Of a stretch of 64,000 nt of DNA, positions 38,908 to 48,402 are shown in pieces. The first letter of the stretch is position 1. Every line of letters starts with the position of its first letter. The notes under the pieces are model-generated. The model made no database searches. It was not told the origin of the DNA and saw nothing but the letters and a program-made list of their open reading frames with translations. The stretch is from an uncultured SAR116 cluster alpha proteobacterium. Lineage in GTDB: Bacteria > Pseudomonadota > Alphaproteobacteria > Puniceispirillales > GCA-002684695. Position numbers and translations under genes: made by a program. The stretch is from the NCBI GenBank assembly GCA_902522415.1, contig CABYVI010000001.1:9067-73066 (forward strand). Reading direction: 5' to 3'.

Positions 38908-39039
38908 TTATAAAAGAAAAATTGCCATTAAAATTAGAACTATAATTACTAAAGCTGATGAAATTTGAATAAATTTCACAAACCCAGAGTATGCTTGATA
39001 ATGATTTTTCTCTTGCTTATTTAAAGTCTTGTTGTCCAT
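38908..39039 (-). CDS. Small membrane protein resembling aa3-type cytochrome c oxidase subunit IV (COX4_pro_2-like); not in the ORF track
   Basis: Hand translation gives 43 aa: MDNKTLNKQEKNHYQAYSGFVKFIQISSALVIIVLILMAIFLL. AGGAG lies 7 nt upstream of the ATG. The pattern of polar N-terminus, Y..F.K and a single TM ending MAIFL matches my recollection of the short alphaproteobacterial CoxIV family. Confidence 0.5.
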   Translation of the reverse strand: MDNKTLNKQEKNHYQAYSGFVKFIQISSALVIIVLILMAIFLL

Positions 39040-39208
39040 TTTTTCTCCTAATTTATTAGTAATACTTTAATATAATTTTTCAAGTTATTTAAAGATAGAT
39101 TTGCGGTTAAAATCACATTTTAATTTCAATATGTTTTGGATTTTTAGATATTTATAGTAGATATTAAATGGATGTTTTTTATTTTTACTTAACAAGAATG
39201 TTTATGTT

Positions 39209-40366
39209 GTGCAATTAGTTGTTTCTGCAATTACTTTTCTTCTATTTTTAGTTTTGAATGCTAGTATATATGCAAGTGAGTGCGACAAAATTTGGGTTGT
39301 TGAAAACTTAAAAATAAATGAAATAAATGAGAATCCTACTTTAGCAAAACAGAATGCTGAAAAAAAAGTTTCTCGATTAGCTTTTGAAAAGCTAATAAGA
39401 AGAATTAGTCTTAACCCGTCAAATTTAACAGATGGGCTTATTAATGAAATTTCCATTAATAAAATTAATAGTCTTATTGACTACAGATTGATTAAAGAAG
39501 AAAAAACTCTTCTAAATAGGTATATTGGAACATTCAATTTCTGTTTCTTGAAAAATAAAGTAACTGACCTTTTATCTAAAAATAAAATTGCATGGTCTGA
39601 ACTATATTCAAGGCCTATTATTGTTTTTCCAGTATGGAAAACAGAATTTGTTCTAAGGCTATGGAAAGACCCAAATCCTATTAAAAAAATTATAAATGAT
39701 AAAATCAAAAACTTTGATGGTTTAATAAACTTAATTTTTCCTGATAATAAAATTGGAGTTTTACGAAGTATTGATGCAGAATTAGCTTTCAAAGGTGATG
39801 AAAAGTCTATTGCAAGAGCAATAGATAGGTCAGGATCTTCAAGGGCCTTAAATATAATTTTTGAAATTGAAAAGTTGAGTTCATATGAAAATATTGATTT
39901 TGAATTATTTAATCTTTCAGAAGACGAAAAGCACAAAATAGTGAGAATTAAGGTTAAAGCTAATATTCATAATAATAAAGGTGTGAAACAAGGTATTTTA
40001 TATGAAAGAAATATCAATATAAATTCAGATATTAAGGAAAAAGAAATTAAAAAAATTATTGATGAAATTATTTTTTTGTTAGAAGAGAATTGGAAAAAAG
40101 CCAATGTTTTTATTGGGAAAAATTTGAGTGAAGTTGAAATCTTTATTTCAGTTAATAATCTAAAATACTGGGTTAAGGCAATTAATAAACTAAAATCCTT
40201 ACCGGGTGTAAAGAGTGTTTCCACTAAAAAGTTAGATGAAAATGGTGCTATTGTAATACTGTTAGTCGAAGGAGGAATTGATAGATTTATTTCTATAGTA
40301 CTTGAGAATAAAATGCCATTTATAGGCTCAAAAGAAAATTTAATATTAGATTCTCAAAAATTATGA
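39209..40366 (+). CDS. Hypothetical exported protein (possibly DUF2066-like, judged by position upstream of hda)
   Basis: 385 aa with a GTG start and the signal-like N-terminus MQLVVSAITFLLFLVLNASIYA/SE. Its stop overlaps the hda ATG (ATGA). The family assignment is a guess from gene context only. Confidence 0.55.
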   Translation: MQLVVSAITFLLFLVLNASIYASECDKIWVVENLKINEINENPTLAKQNAEKKVSRLAFEKLIRRISLNPSNLTDGLINEISINKINSLIDYRLIKEEKTLLNRYIGTFNFCFLKNKVTDLLSKNKIAWSELYSRPIIVFPVWKTEFVLRLWKDPNPIKKIINDKIKNFDGLINLIFPDNKIGVLRSIDAELAFKGDEKSIARAIDRSGSSRALNIIFEIEKLSSYENIDFELFNLSEDEKHKIVRIKVKANIHNNKGVKQGILYERNININSDIKEKEIKKIIDEIIFLLEENWKKANVFIGKNLSEVEIFISVNNLKYWVKAINKLKSLPGVKSVSTKKLDENGAIVILLVEGGIDRFISIVLENKMPFIGSKENLILDSQKL

Positions 40367-41052
40367 CAGCAAATGATAACTCTAAACAAGAAATTTTAAA
40401 CTTTCATTACAAAGATAATTATCTCTATAAAGATTTATATAAAAACTCGTGTAACGAAATTGCTATTAATCTTATAGAGAGTTGGCCAAAATGGCATGAA
40501 GATAATAGAATTAATTGTATATATGGTCCACCAGGTTCTGGGAAATCTCATATTGCAAATATTTGGAAAGAAAAAGTTGATGCAATTATTTATAAGAGAA
40601 TCAATCATTTAACCTTAGATCATGTTTATTCAATCAAAAACCCCTTAATTTTTGAAAACCTTAACAAAAACCATAATTGGCCTGAAGAATTGCTTTTTGA
40701 ATTTTTTAATGAGATTAAATCTTCAAACAATTACTTGTTAATTACATGCAACGATAACCCGCTTAAATTTAGTTGGAAGCTTAAAGATCTTATTTCAAGA
40801 ATATCTTCTTTTACTAGTATAGAGATTAAGTTACCTGATGATGAATTAATAAAAAAAATTTTAATTAAGCAGTTTTCAGATAGACAACTATCTCTGGACA
40901 AGCAATTAATCGAATATATTTCACAAAGGATAGAGCGATCATATTTAGCTATTAATAATGTTGTCGATATTATAGATAAATTAAACTTAAAATATAAAAA
41001 ACCAGTAAATTATAATTTGATTAAAGAAGCACTTAAATTTGGTAAAGATTAG
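40363..41052 (+). CDS. hda: DnaA-related regulatory protein HdaA/Hda
   Basis: 229 aa. It has the AAA+ Walker A IYGPPGSGKSHIANIW, a box VII-like region and a C-terminal helical lid. Its size and architecture fit Hda rather than DnaA. Confidence 0.75.
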   Translation: MTANDNSKQEILNFHYKDNYLYKDLYKNSCNEIAINLIESWPKWHEDNRINCIYGPPGSGKSHIANIWKEKVDAIIYKRINHLTLDHVYSIKNPLIFENLNKNHNWPEELLFEFFNEIKSSNNYLLITCNDNPLKFSWKLKDLISRISSFTSIEIKLPDDELIKKILIKQFSDRQLSLDKQLIEYISQRIERSYLAINNVVDIIDKLNLKYKKPVNYNLIKEALKFGKD

Positions 41053-42206
41053 TTATTAGAATTAATTATTTGAATTTTCTTATTTTTAATACCAAAAGCT
41101 ATTTTGCCTTCTAAGAGGTCTTTCGCTAATTTTCCAAAGATTTCATTTCTCCAACCTTTAAATGATTTTAAATTTTCAAAGTTTCCTTCGGCCATTAATT
41201 CAAGCTCATTCTGTTTGACAATAAGTTTTTGAGCAACTCTCTGATCTTCTGAGACAAATTTAACCAAAACTTTAAGTAACTCTAAAACTGCTAAAGATTT
41301 AACTTTATTTTTTTTTATATAATTAGTTTCTGGAAATAAGTTCTCTGGAACAGTTTCAGCTTCCCTAAGAGTTTTGATTATTTCACTTATTATATTTTTA
41401 TCTTTGTCCAGGCTAAAAACTCTCAATCGTCTAAAATCCTCACTATTTTTTGGATTCAAGGAGGCAATTTCTAAAAGAGTATCATCTCTTATCACTTTGT
41501 TTCTTGGGACGTTTCTATTGATTGATGCCTTTTCTCTCCAATCTGCAAGGTACTTTACTTTATTCAAATAGGCTCTTTTAGTTGATTTAATTTTCAGTTT
41601 CTTCCAAGATTCTTTTGTATTAATTTCATAATTTTTACTCTCAGAGAGGTTTTCCATTTCCTCCTTAATCCATAATTCTCTTTTATGCAAAAAAATTTCA
41701 TTTTTCAAAATTTCATACACTTTAACTAAGTAAGTAACGTCTGATAGTGCATACTGAATTTGTTTTTCTGACAATGGTCTAAAAGACCAGTTAGATACCC
41801 TTGATGACTTATCAATTTTAACATTGAGTAATCTATTAACTAATTGCTCGTAACTTACTTGATCGCCAAACCCACAAACCATTGCAGCTATTTGAGTGTC
41901 ATAGACTGACTTAGGCAACTGGCCAAATTGTTGGAAAAAAATCTCCATATCTTGTCTTCCAGAATGGATTATTTTAATTACTTTTTCTTGACTTATAAAA
42001 TTCCAAAATGATTTAAGGTCTAACTCTTTGCTTAATGGGTCAATTATAAAGCTATGATTCTTAGATGCTATTTGTATTAAGCATAATTTGGAAAAATAGG
42101 TTCTTTCTCTAATAAACTCTGTGTCAATTGCAATATAATCTTCATTCTCTATAATTTTTATATTTTTTTTTAATTCTTTATTTGTGTCAATAATTGTTAT
42201 CATCAA
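41049..42206 (-). CDS. rnd: Ribonuclease D
   Basis: 385 aa. The DEDD 3'-5' exonuclease motifs are IAIDTEF, KIIHSGRQD and YALSDVTYL, followed by an HRDC-like region. Confidence 0.85.
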   Translation of the reverse strand: MMITIIDTNKELKKNIKIIENEDYIAIDTEFIRERTYFSKLCLIQIASKNHSFIIDPLSKELDLKSFWNFISQEKVIKIIHSGRQDMEIFFQQFGQLPKSVYDTQIAAMVCGFGDQVSYEQLVNRLLNVKIDKSSRVSNWSFRPLSEKQIQYALSDVTYLVKVYEILKNEIFLHKRELWIKEEMENLSESKNYEINTKESWKKLKIKSTKRAYLNKVKYLADWREKASINRNVPRNKVIRDDTLLEIASLNPKNSEDFRRLRVFSLDKDKNIISEIIKTLREAETVPENLFPETNYIKKNKVKSLAVLELLKVLVKFVSEDQRVAQKLIVKQNELELMAEGNFENLKSFKGWRNEIFGKLAKDLLEGKIAFGIKNKKIQIINSNN

Positions 42207-42264
42207 TTAAATTCTTTTTTTAAGTTTATTTTGATTTTATTTTTTATAAGTTTAAATAGTATTT

Positions 42265-43041
42265 ATGTTTAAATTTTTATTGCTATTGTTAATACTTATT
42301 GGAATGCCTGGGTATGCATTAGAATCTCACCATGCAAATTATATACTATCATTGTATAAAAGTACACCAGGGTCAGGTATTAATGAGATAGATGGTAAAT
42401 CTTCATACATACTAAGAAAGAGTTGTAACGGGTGGGAGACTACTGATGAACTATCTGTTGATTTTCAATCAATAGATAATGTCAAAAGTACATTATCCTC
42501 TAAATGGAAAACTTTTGAGAACTTTTCTGGATATTCTTATCAATTTGACTTATATGAAGAGATAAATCAGGAGCAGACAAATCAATTCTTTGGCTATGTT
42601 AATTCTGCTAATGGATTAAATTCAGCAAAATATTTTACAGATAAAGAATACTCTGTGCCAATTGAAACTAAAATAGAATTTCCAATGAAGCAGTTACAGA
42701 ATATTATTTTATCTGCAGAAGCTAATCAAAAAATATATAGTTCTAATGTTTTCATGGGTTCTGAGCTATTAGATAGTTATAGAGTTGTGACAGTAATAAT
42801 TGGTAAAAAGAAAAAGTATAATAAGAGAATTTTCCAGAATGAACTTTTTCAGAATTCATACTGGCCAGTTAGCATTGCATATTTTAATCCTGAGAAAGAA
42901 ACAGACAAACCTGACTATACAATCAAAGCTAAATTACAAAAAAACGGTGTTATAACTGAATATATTATCTTTTATGATGATTTTTCTATAATTCTTAATC
43001 TAAGTAGTATTGAAGTAATTGACAAAAAAAATTGTAACTAA
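42265..43041 (+). CDS. Periplasmic DUF1849 / EipB-like protein
   Basis: 258 aa. The signal peptide MFKFLLLLLILIGMPGYA is followed by an N-terminal HHANYILSL....PGS.I..I.GKSSY.L...C.GW pattern. This resembles the alphaproteobacterial DUF1849 (cell envelope integrity EipB) family, from memory. Confidence 0.45.
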   Translation: MFKFLLLLLILIGMPGYALESHHANYILSLYKSTPGSGINEIDGKSSYILRKSCNGWETTDELSVDFQSIDNVKSTLSSKWKTFENFSGYSYQFDLYEEINQEQTNQFFGYVNSANGLNSAKYFTDKEYSVPIETKIEFPMKQLQNIILSAEANQKIYSSNVFMGSELLDSYRVVTVIIGKKKKYNKRIFQNELFQNSYWPVSIAYFNPEKETDKPDYTIKAKLQKNGVITEYIIFYDDFSIILNLSSIEVIDKKNCN

Positions 43042-43949
43042 TCTATATTTAGCCATGCAGCACCACGAACTCCACTTGAGTCGCCGTGTAAAGCCTTTAA
43101 AAGCTTAGTATTTACGTAATCAGAGAAAATCCATTTCTTCCAAATTTTGGGTACTTTTTCATATATAAAATCTAAATTAGATAGACCACCACCCAAAACA
43201 ATAGCATCTGGGTCAATAATATTAATAACTAAAGCTAAACATCTAGCGATCCTATCTATTAATAAATCTATTGTGATTTTGCAATTTTTATCACCATCAG
43301 TGTATAATTGAACAATATCTTTTAAGGAAAGAGCTTCTGCAAACCTTTTTTTGTGCTCAGCCTCAACAGCAGGACCAGAAATATATCTTTCTATACAATC
43401 AATCTTTCCACACCAGCAAGGACGTGAATTAAATTTATTTTTTTTCCATGGTAAAGGATTATGTCCCCATTCTCCTGAAATACCATTGGTTCCTCTGATT
43501 AAGTTTTTATTTAAAACAATTCCACTTCCAACGCCAGTACCTAAAATAATGCCAAATACATTGTTGAATTTAGAAGCAGCTCCGTCCATGGCTTCAGATA
43601 TTGCAAAACAGTTTGCATCATTCTCTATTTTTATTTTTTTATTTAATTTTTTTCTTAGGTCTTTTTCTAAAAACTTACCATTAAGCCAAACCGAATTAGC
43701 ATTTCTAATCTTGCCTGTTTTGCTTGAAATTGAACCAGGTATTCCGATACCAAGCGGACATGTTAATCCAAGTTCATTTTCTGAAGTTTCCACAAGATTT
43801 TTTATGGCATCTAAAGTTTCAATATAATTCTTTTGAGGCGAGGGTATTCTTTTACGATAAACTATTTTATTATTTTTGATATTTAAACAGGCAATTTCTA
43901 TCTTGGTTCCACCAAGGTCAATCCCAAGTTTGAAGGAATTTTCCTTCAT
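43038..43949 (-). CDS. ROK-family sugar kinase (N-acetylglucosamine kinase / fructokinase-like)
   Basis: 303 aa. It has the ATPase motif LGIDLGGTKIE, plus ENDANCFA, GTGVGSG and the zinc motif GEWGH.....C.CGK.DCIE. Confidence 0.85.
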   Translation of the reverse strand: MKENSFKLGIDLGGTKIEIACLNIKNNKIVYRKRIPSPQKNYIETLDAIKNLVETSENELGLTCPLGIGIPGSISSKTGKIRNANSVWLNGKFLEKDLRKKLNKKIKIENDANCFAISEAMDGAASKFNNVFGIILGTGVGSGIVLNKNLIRGTNGISGEWGHNPLPWKKNKFNSRPCWCGKIDCIERYISGPAVEAEHKKRFAEALSLKDIVQLYTDGDKNCKITIDLLIDRIARCLALVINIIDPDAIVLGGGLSNLDFIYEKVPKIWKKWIFSDYVNTKLLKALHGDSSGVRGAAWLNID

Positions 43950-43952
43950 TTA

Positions 43953-44120
43953 TTACTTTATTTTAGCTTCTTTAAATATAACGTGTTTTCGGGCTTTAGG
44001 GTCATACTTTTTAAATTCTAATTTTTCTGGTTTTGTTCTTGGATTCTTTTTGGTTACATAATAAAAGCCTGTTTCCGCAGTAGAAACTAATTTTATTTGA
44101 ATTGTTGCTGGTTTAGCCAT
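43953..44120 (-). CDS. rpmG: 50S ribosomal protein L33; not in the ORF track
   Basis: Hand translation gives 55 aa: [55 protein letters not shown]. This is the canonical L33 sequence pattern. Confidence 0.95.
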   Translation of the reverse strand: MAKPATIQIKLVSTAETGFYYVTKKNPRTKPEKLEFKKYDPKARKHVIFKEAKIK

Positions 44121-44184
44121 GAATATCTCCAATATGAGCTTTATATGTTATAAAACTGATTATTAGTCAAGCTGAAAACATGAT

Positions 44185-46725
44185 TTATTTAGGTTTTCGT
44201 TTTGATCCAGTCTTTCTTGTTTTAGGCTCTTTGCCCTTATCGTTGATTAAACTAATACCCATTTCAAGAGTAAACTCATCTAAGTTTTGTTTTTTTGGTA
44301 TGCTTGCCCTTAATTTTTTATATTGCAAATATGACCCAAATCTTCCAGATTTGATTTCAATATCACCACCATTAGGATGGCTCCCAAGATTTATAATTGG
44401 TGGTGACTTACTCAACTTTTCCTGTATCAAATCATTAGCATGATTAAGGCCAATTGTAATGACTGTATTATCATGAGGCAATGAAACGTAAGTTGTTCCA
44501 AATCTTAAATAAGGTCCAAATCTTCCTATTCCAGCATAAATAGGTTTATTCTCTCCAGGAGGGTTCCCTAGATCTCTTGGCAACTCTAAAAGTAAAAGTG
44601 CAAGTTTTAAATCTAATTCATCAACATTAATTAATTTAGGAATACTTGTACGTTTAGGTTTTTTGTCATTGCCTAGTTGCAAATAAATTCCATAGGGTCC
44701 TTTTTTTAAAAAAACTTCTTCATTAGTATTTGGATCAATACCAAAAGATTTATCTCCGCTAAAACCTACACCATCGTTAGCGTCTTCATCATCATTTTGA
44801 GACAGTTTTCTAGTGTATTTGCATTCAGGATAATTTGAACAAGCGATAAAAGATCCAAATTTTCCAACTTTAAGTGATAAAGAGCCATTGGAGCAGCTTG
44901 GGCAACTTCGGTCGGCTATTCCATTTTTATCAAGACTAAAAAAATGGTTTTCTAGGGCTATATCAATTTTTTGAATAACGTCAGTTCTCTGAATTTCAGA
45001 TGTATTATTTATTGCTAATTTAAAATGCTCCCAAAATTGTTGCAGTAATATTTTCCAATCTAGTTTTCCTTCTGATACTAGATCTAACTTTTTTTCAAGC
45101 TCAGCAGTAAAAGAATACTCTACATATTTTTCAAAGTAATTCTCTAAAAAACTTGTTACTATTCTTCCTCTGTCATCAGCAAAATATCGTGATCCATCTT
45201 TAAAAACATAACCCCTATCCTGTAATTTTTCTAAAATACTAGCATAAGTTGAAGGTCTTCCAATGCCTAATTCTTCAAGTTTTTTTATTATGCTTGCATC
45301 TGTATACCTTGGCAAAGGTTGAGTAAAATGTTGCTCGCTTATATTTTCTTCTACTTTTAAAACTTCACCGTTAATAACTTGTGGAATTATATTGTCATCT
45401 ATTTCAGAAGTAATTTTATCATCTGCTCCTTCATTATAAATTTTGAGAAAACCATCAAAAATTACTGTTGAACCATTTGCTCTTAATAAAACTTGATTTT
45501 GTATATCACCTTTATTTTCACTTTCAATATCTATTACAGTCTTATTTATAACTGCAGACGACATCTGTGAAGAAACAGTTCTTTTCCAAATTAAATCATA
45601 TAATTTAAAACCATCATCATCTAAGTATTTTTTTATATCTTGGGGTATTATTTTTATATTTGTTGGACGAATAGCTTCATGAGCCTCTTGAGCATTAGCA
45701 ACTTTTGATTTGTAAACTTTATGTTTTTCTGGACAATATTTTTTTCCATATTTAACAGTTATCATATCACGTATTTCAGAAATACTCTCTTTTGACAATT
45801 GAACACTATCTGTTCTCATATATGTAATTAATCCAGTAGTTTCAGATCCAATATTTAGCCCTTCATATAACTTTTGTGCTGTCCTCATTGTTCTAGAAGC
45901 TGCAAAGTTCAATTTTCGACTAGCTTCTTGTTGCATAGTAGAGGTTGTAAAAGGCGCTTTTGGATTTCTAAATTCTTTCTTTTCTTCGTTTTTAATAACT
46001 TTTAAAACTGAATTATCAATACTTTGTATTGCCTCTTTTGCAGAAGTTTCAGTTTTAAGACTTAGCTTCTCTAATTTTTCGCCTTTCCAACCTACTAATC
46101 TAGCTTTGAAGGTTTTTTCTGATATTTGTTTAAGAATACTCTCTACTGTCCAATATTCATCTGAAATAAATGATTGGATATCAAATTCTCTCTCACAAAT
46201 TAATCTTAAAGCTACAGACTGAACTCTTCCTGCGGATTTGGCACCAGGTAATTTTTGCCATAAAACTGGTGATAATTGAAAACCTATAAGATAATCTAAG
46301 GCATTTCTTGCTAAGCTTGCATTGATTAATTCTTGATCTAGCTTACGGGGTTTATTTATAGCGTCTAATACAGATGGTTTGGTTATTTCATGAAATACTA
46401 CACGTTCAACGGGAATGTCTAACTTAATCTTTTTGTCATTTAAAAGCTCTAAAACATGCCATGAAATTGCTTCACCCTCCCTATCAGGGTCAGTTGCTAA
46501 AATGAGTTTATTTGCTGATTTAAGAGACTGCTTAATATCTTTTAAAAATTTATTGCCTCGTTCAAGAAGTTCCCATTCCATTGAAAAATTTTGATCTGGG
46601 TTTACACCATTTTTATTAGGTAGGTTTCTTACATGTCCAATTGTTGCCATCACATCATAATCAGACCCTAAGTACCTATTTATTGTTTTTGCCTTTGCAG
46701 GTGATTCCACAAGAACCAATTTCAT
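44185..46725 (-). CDS. topA: DNA topoisomerase I
   Basis: 846 aa. It has the Toprim N-terminus LVLVESPAKAKTI, the active-site Tyr in ITYMRTDS, one C4 zinc ribbon (CPSC...C..YPEC) and a Lys-rich C-terminal tail. Confidence 0.95.
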   Translation of the reverse strand: MKLVLVESPAKAKTINRYLGSDYDVMATIGHVRNLPNKNGVNPDQNFSMEWELLERGNKFLKDIKQSLKSANKLILATDPDREGEAISWHVLELLNDKKIKLDIPVERVVFHEITKPSVLDAINKPRKLDQELINASLARNALDYLIGFQLSPVLWQKLPGAKSAGRVQSVALRLICEREFDIQSFISDEYWTVESILKQISEKTFKARLVGWKGEKLEKLSLKTETSAKEAIQSIDNSVLKVIKNEEKKEFRNPKAPFTTSTMQQEASRKLNFAASRTMRTAQKLYEGLNIGSETTGLITYMRTDSVQLSKESISEIRDMITVKYGKKYCPEKHKVYKSKVANAQEAHEAIRPTNIKIIPQDIKKYLDDDGFKLYDLIWKRTVSSQMSSAVINKTVIDIESENKGDIQNQVLLRANGSTVIFDGFLKIYNEGADDKITSEIDDNIIPQVINGEVLKVEENISEQHFTQPLPRYTDASIIKKLEELGIGRPSTYASILEKLQDRGYVFKDGSRYFADDRGRIVTSFLENYFEKYVEYSFTAELEKKLDLVSEGKLDWKILLQQFWEHFKLAINNTSEIQRTDVIQKIDIALENHFFSLDKNGIADRSCPSCSNGSLSLKVGKFGSFIACSNYPECKYTRKLSQNDDEDANDGVGFSGDKSFGIDPNTNEEVFLKKGPYGIYLQLGNDKKPKRTSIPKLINVDELDLKLALLLLELPRDLGNPPGENKPIYAGIGRFGPYLRFGTTYVSLPHDNTVITIGLNHANDLIQEKLSKSPPIINLGSHPNGGDIEIKSGRFGSYLQYKKLRASIPKKQNLDEFTLEMGISLINDKGKEPKTRKTGSKRKPK

Positions 46726-46818
46726 TATATTAATCTTTCATTTAAAACTATAGTTTTGAGAGGATTGGCATTTTCAATTAATTTAGTCAACAATTACAAT
46801 CAATATATCAATAATTAC

Positions 46819-47439
46819 TCATGAAAAAACATTTGGTTCTTCTGATTTTAAAATTCTTATTAAGTTGTCCTTATGCCGAATATAAATCATAGTCATGACC
46901 AGAAATGAAAAAATTAGTTCATAAAATCCATAATATATGAAAGTGATAAAAGGCAAGCATGAAATAGATAGCAATGAAGCAAGAGATGATTTTTTAGATA
47001 TTAAACATACTGCCAACCAACAAAAACAGATCAATATTCCAATTGAAGAATTTAAAGCAATAAGACATCCAAGCGATGTTGCTATACCTTTACCACCTTT
47101 AAATTTTAACCATATTGGATAGCAATGTCCCAAAACGCACCCTAACAAAAGCAAAAATGAAAGGGCATTTAAACTTTCTGAGTAATTTGAAAATGTAAAT
47201 ATCTTGATTACTAAATAGCCTTTAAGTGAGTCTAGCAATAGCACAAGAATTGCTAGAATTTTATTACCAGTTCTTAATGCATTTGTTGCTCCAATATTGC
47301 CGCTTCCAACTTGCCTTATATCTCCATATCCCCATAGATAACTTAAAATTAATCCAAAAGGAATTGAACCAACTAAATAAGAAATTGAAAAAAATGCTAT
47401 AAAATAAATTATATTACTATTCTCAATAATTAATTGCAT
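46819..47439 (-). CDS. plsY: Glycerol-3-phosphate acyltransferase PlsY
   Basis: It has motifs GSGNIGATNALRTG and KGGKGIAT. ATG 47439 (MQLIIENSN...) is preferred. The track start at 47466 is a TTG lying inside the pyrC-like remnant. Confidence 0.9.
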   Translation of the reverse strand: MQLIIENSNIIYFIAFFSISYLVGSIPFGLILSYLWGYGDIRQVGSGNIGATNALRTGNKILAILVLLLDSLKGYLVIKIFTFSNYSESLNALSFLLLLGCVLGHCYPIWLKFKGGKGIATSLGCLIALNSSIGILICFCWLAVCLISKKSSLASLLSISCLPFITFIYYGFYELIFSFLVMTMIYIRHKDNLIRILKSEEPNVFS

Positions 47440-47558
47440 TGATAAATCTCTATTCCATCTTTCCAACTAGATAAAACTTTTCCTTGCATTGGCATACCCT
47501 CAAAACACGTGTTTGATGACAAAGATAACATATTATTAATTCTAACTACCCAACTTTT
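47430..47558 (-). pseudogene. Remnant of the 3' end of a dihydroorotase (pyrC/pyrC'-like) gene
   Basis: The minus-strand frame is open from 47558 to stop 47432-47430. It translates to KSWVVRINNMLSLSSNTCFEGMPMQGKVLSSWKDGIEIYQCN. This matches the DHOase C-terminal pattern W.v......S.s.NTpF.G....G.V......G..iY. Only about 150 nt exist between ruvX and plsY, so the rest of the gene is absent. Its stop overlaps the plsY ATG (ATGCAATTAA). Confidence 0.6.
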
Positions 47559-47584
47559 TTAAATATCGATAATACTAATCAACT

Positions 47585-48067
47585 TTATCCATTTAAACTT
47601 TCTAAATTATTATTATTATAAACATCTAGAAGTGACTGAAGGATCCAGCTAGCTGCAATAGCATCCTTTTTTTCATTTTTTTTCTGTTTAGAAATGTCAG
47701 AACTTTTTAAGATATTATCAGCCGCAATTGTTGAAAGCCTTTCGTCATGAAAACAAATAGGAATTTCAAAAACCCTCAAAAAGGCATATGCAAAATCTCT
47801 AGTTGCGTCACATCTTGGTCCTTGAGAACCATCCATATTGATTGGCCAACCTAGGACAATACCACCTATATTTTCTTCTTTTATAATCGATATTATTTTA
47901 TAAGTTACTGCTCTAAAATTTTTTCTTTTTATTAGATTTAGAGGGTTTGCAAATTTAAGACCTTGATCACTTATTGCAACTCCTATATTTTTACTTCCAA
48001 GATCTAAGCATATTATCTTATGATTAATAATTTTAGAAAAAAAATTTACGTGATTGCAGATTGTCAT
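47585..48067 (-). CDS. ruvX: Holliday junction resolvase-like nuclease RuvX (YqgF)
   Basis: It has the motif ICLDLGSKNIGVAISD plus DERLST. ATG 48067 (MTICNH...) is preferred over 48103, which would leave only 11 nt to the divergent gatC. Confidence 0.85.
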   Translation of the reverse strand: MTICNHVNFFSKIINHKIICLDLGSKNIGVAISDQGLKFANPLNLIKRKNFRAVTYKIISIIKEENIGGIVLGWPINMDGSQGPRCDATRDFAYAFLRVFEIPICFHDERLSTIAADNILKSSDISKQKKNEKKDAIAASWILQSLLDVYNNNNLESLNG

Positions 48068-48114
48068 TTCAAATGTTAACAAATTTAGTTTAAACAATTC
48101 CAAGGATATATATC

Positions 48115-48402
48115 ATGCCTATTGATAAAGATATAGTTGCAAAAGTATCGAATTTAGCAAGAATTAAGATTAATAATGATCAACTTAGTACAATATCAAA
48201 TGAACTTGAATCTGTGATTGAGTGGATTGATACTCTTAATGAGGTGAATACTAATGGGGTTGAACCTATTGCAAATGTTTCTGGTCAGAAGCTACCTTTA
48301 AGAGAAGATAAAGTTACAGACGGAGGTTATTCAGAAAAAATATTGAATAATGCGCCTGAAAAAGAAAGTGGTTTTTTTGTTGTTCCAAAGGTTGTCGAAT
48401 GA
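48115..48402 (+). CDS. gatC: Asp/Glu-tRNA amidotransferase subunit C
   Basis: 95 aa with the GatC pattern V..VA.LARI.....QL......L..I..WID.L.EV.T.GVEP. It has an ATGA overlap with gatA. Confidence 0.9.
   Translation: MPIDKDIVAKVSNLARIKINNDQLSTISNELESVIEWIDTLNEVNTNGVEPIANVSGQKLPLREDKVTDGGYSEKILNNAPEKESGFFVVPKVVE

Noticed and set aside
43351-43827. Long antisense ORFs opposite real genes. Examples: 43351-43827 (158 aa) opposite the ROK kinase; 50184-50636 (150 aa) opposite gatB; 39202-39456, 39481-39936 and 39967-40224 opposite the hda-upstream gene; 7937-8272, 48701-49015, 27796-28092 and 57749-58027.
   Set aside because: Their translations are S/F/L/I-rich and low-complexity, as expected for the complement of K/E/N-rich coding sequence. 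The opposite strand carries proteins with clear family motifs. I see no independent start or SD evidence.
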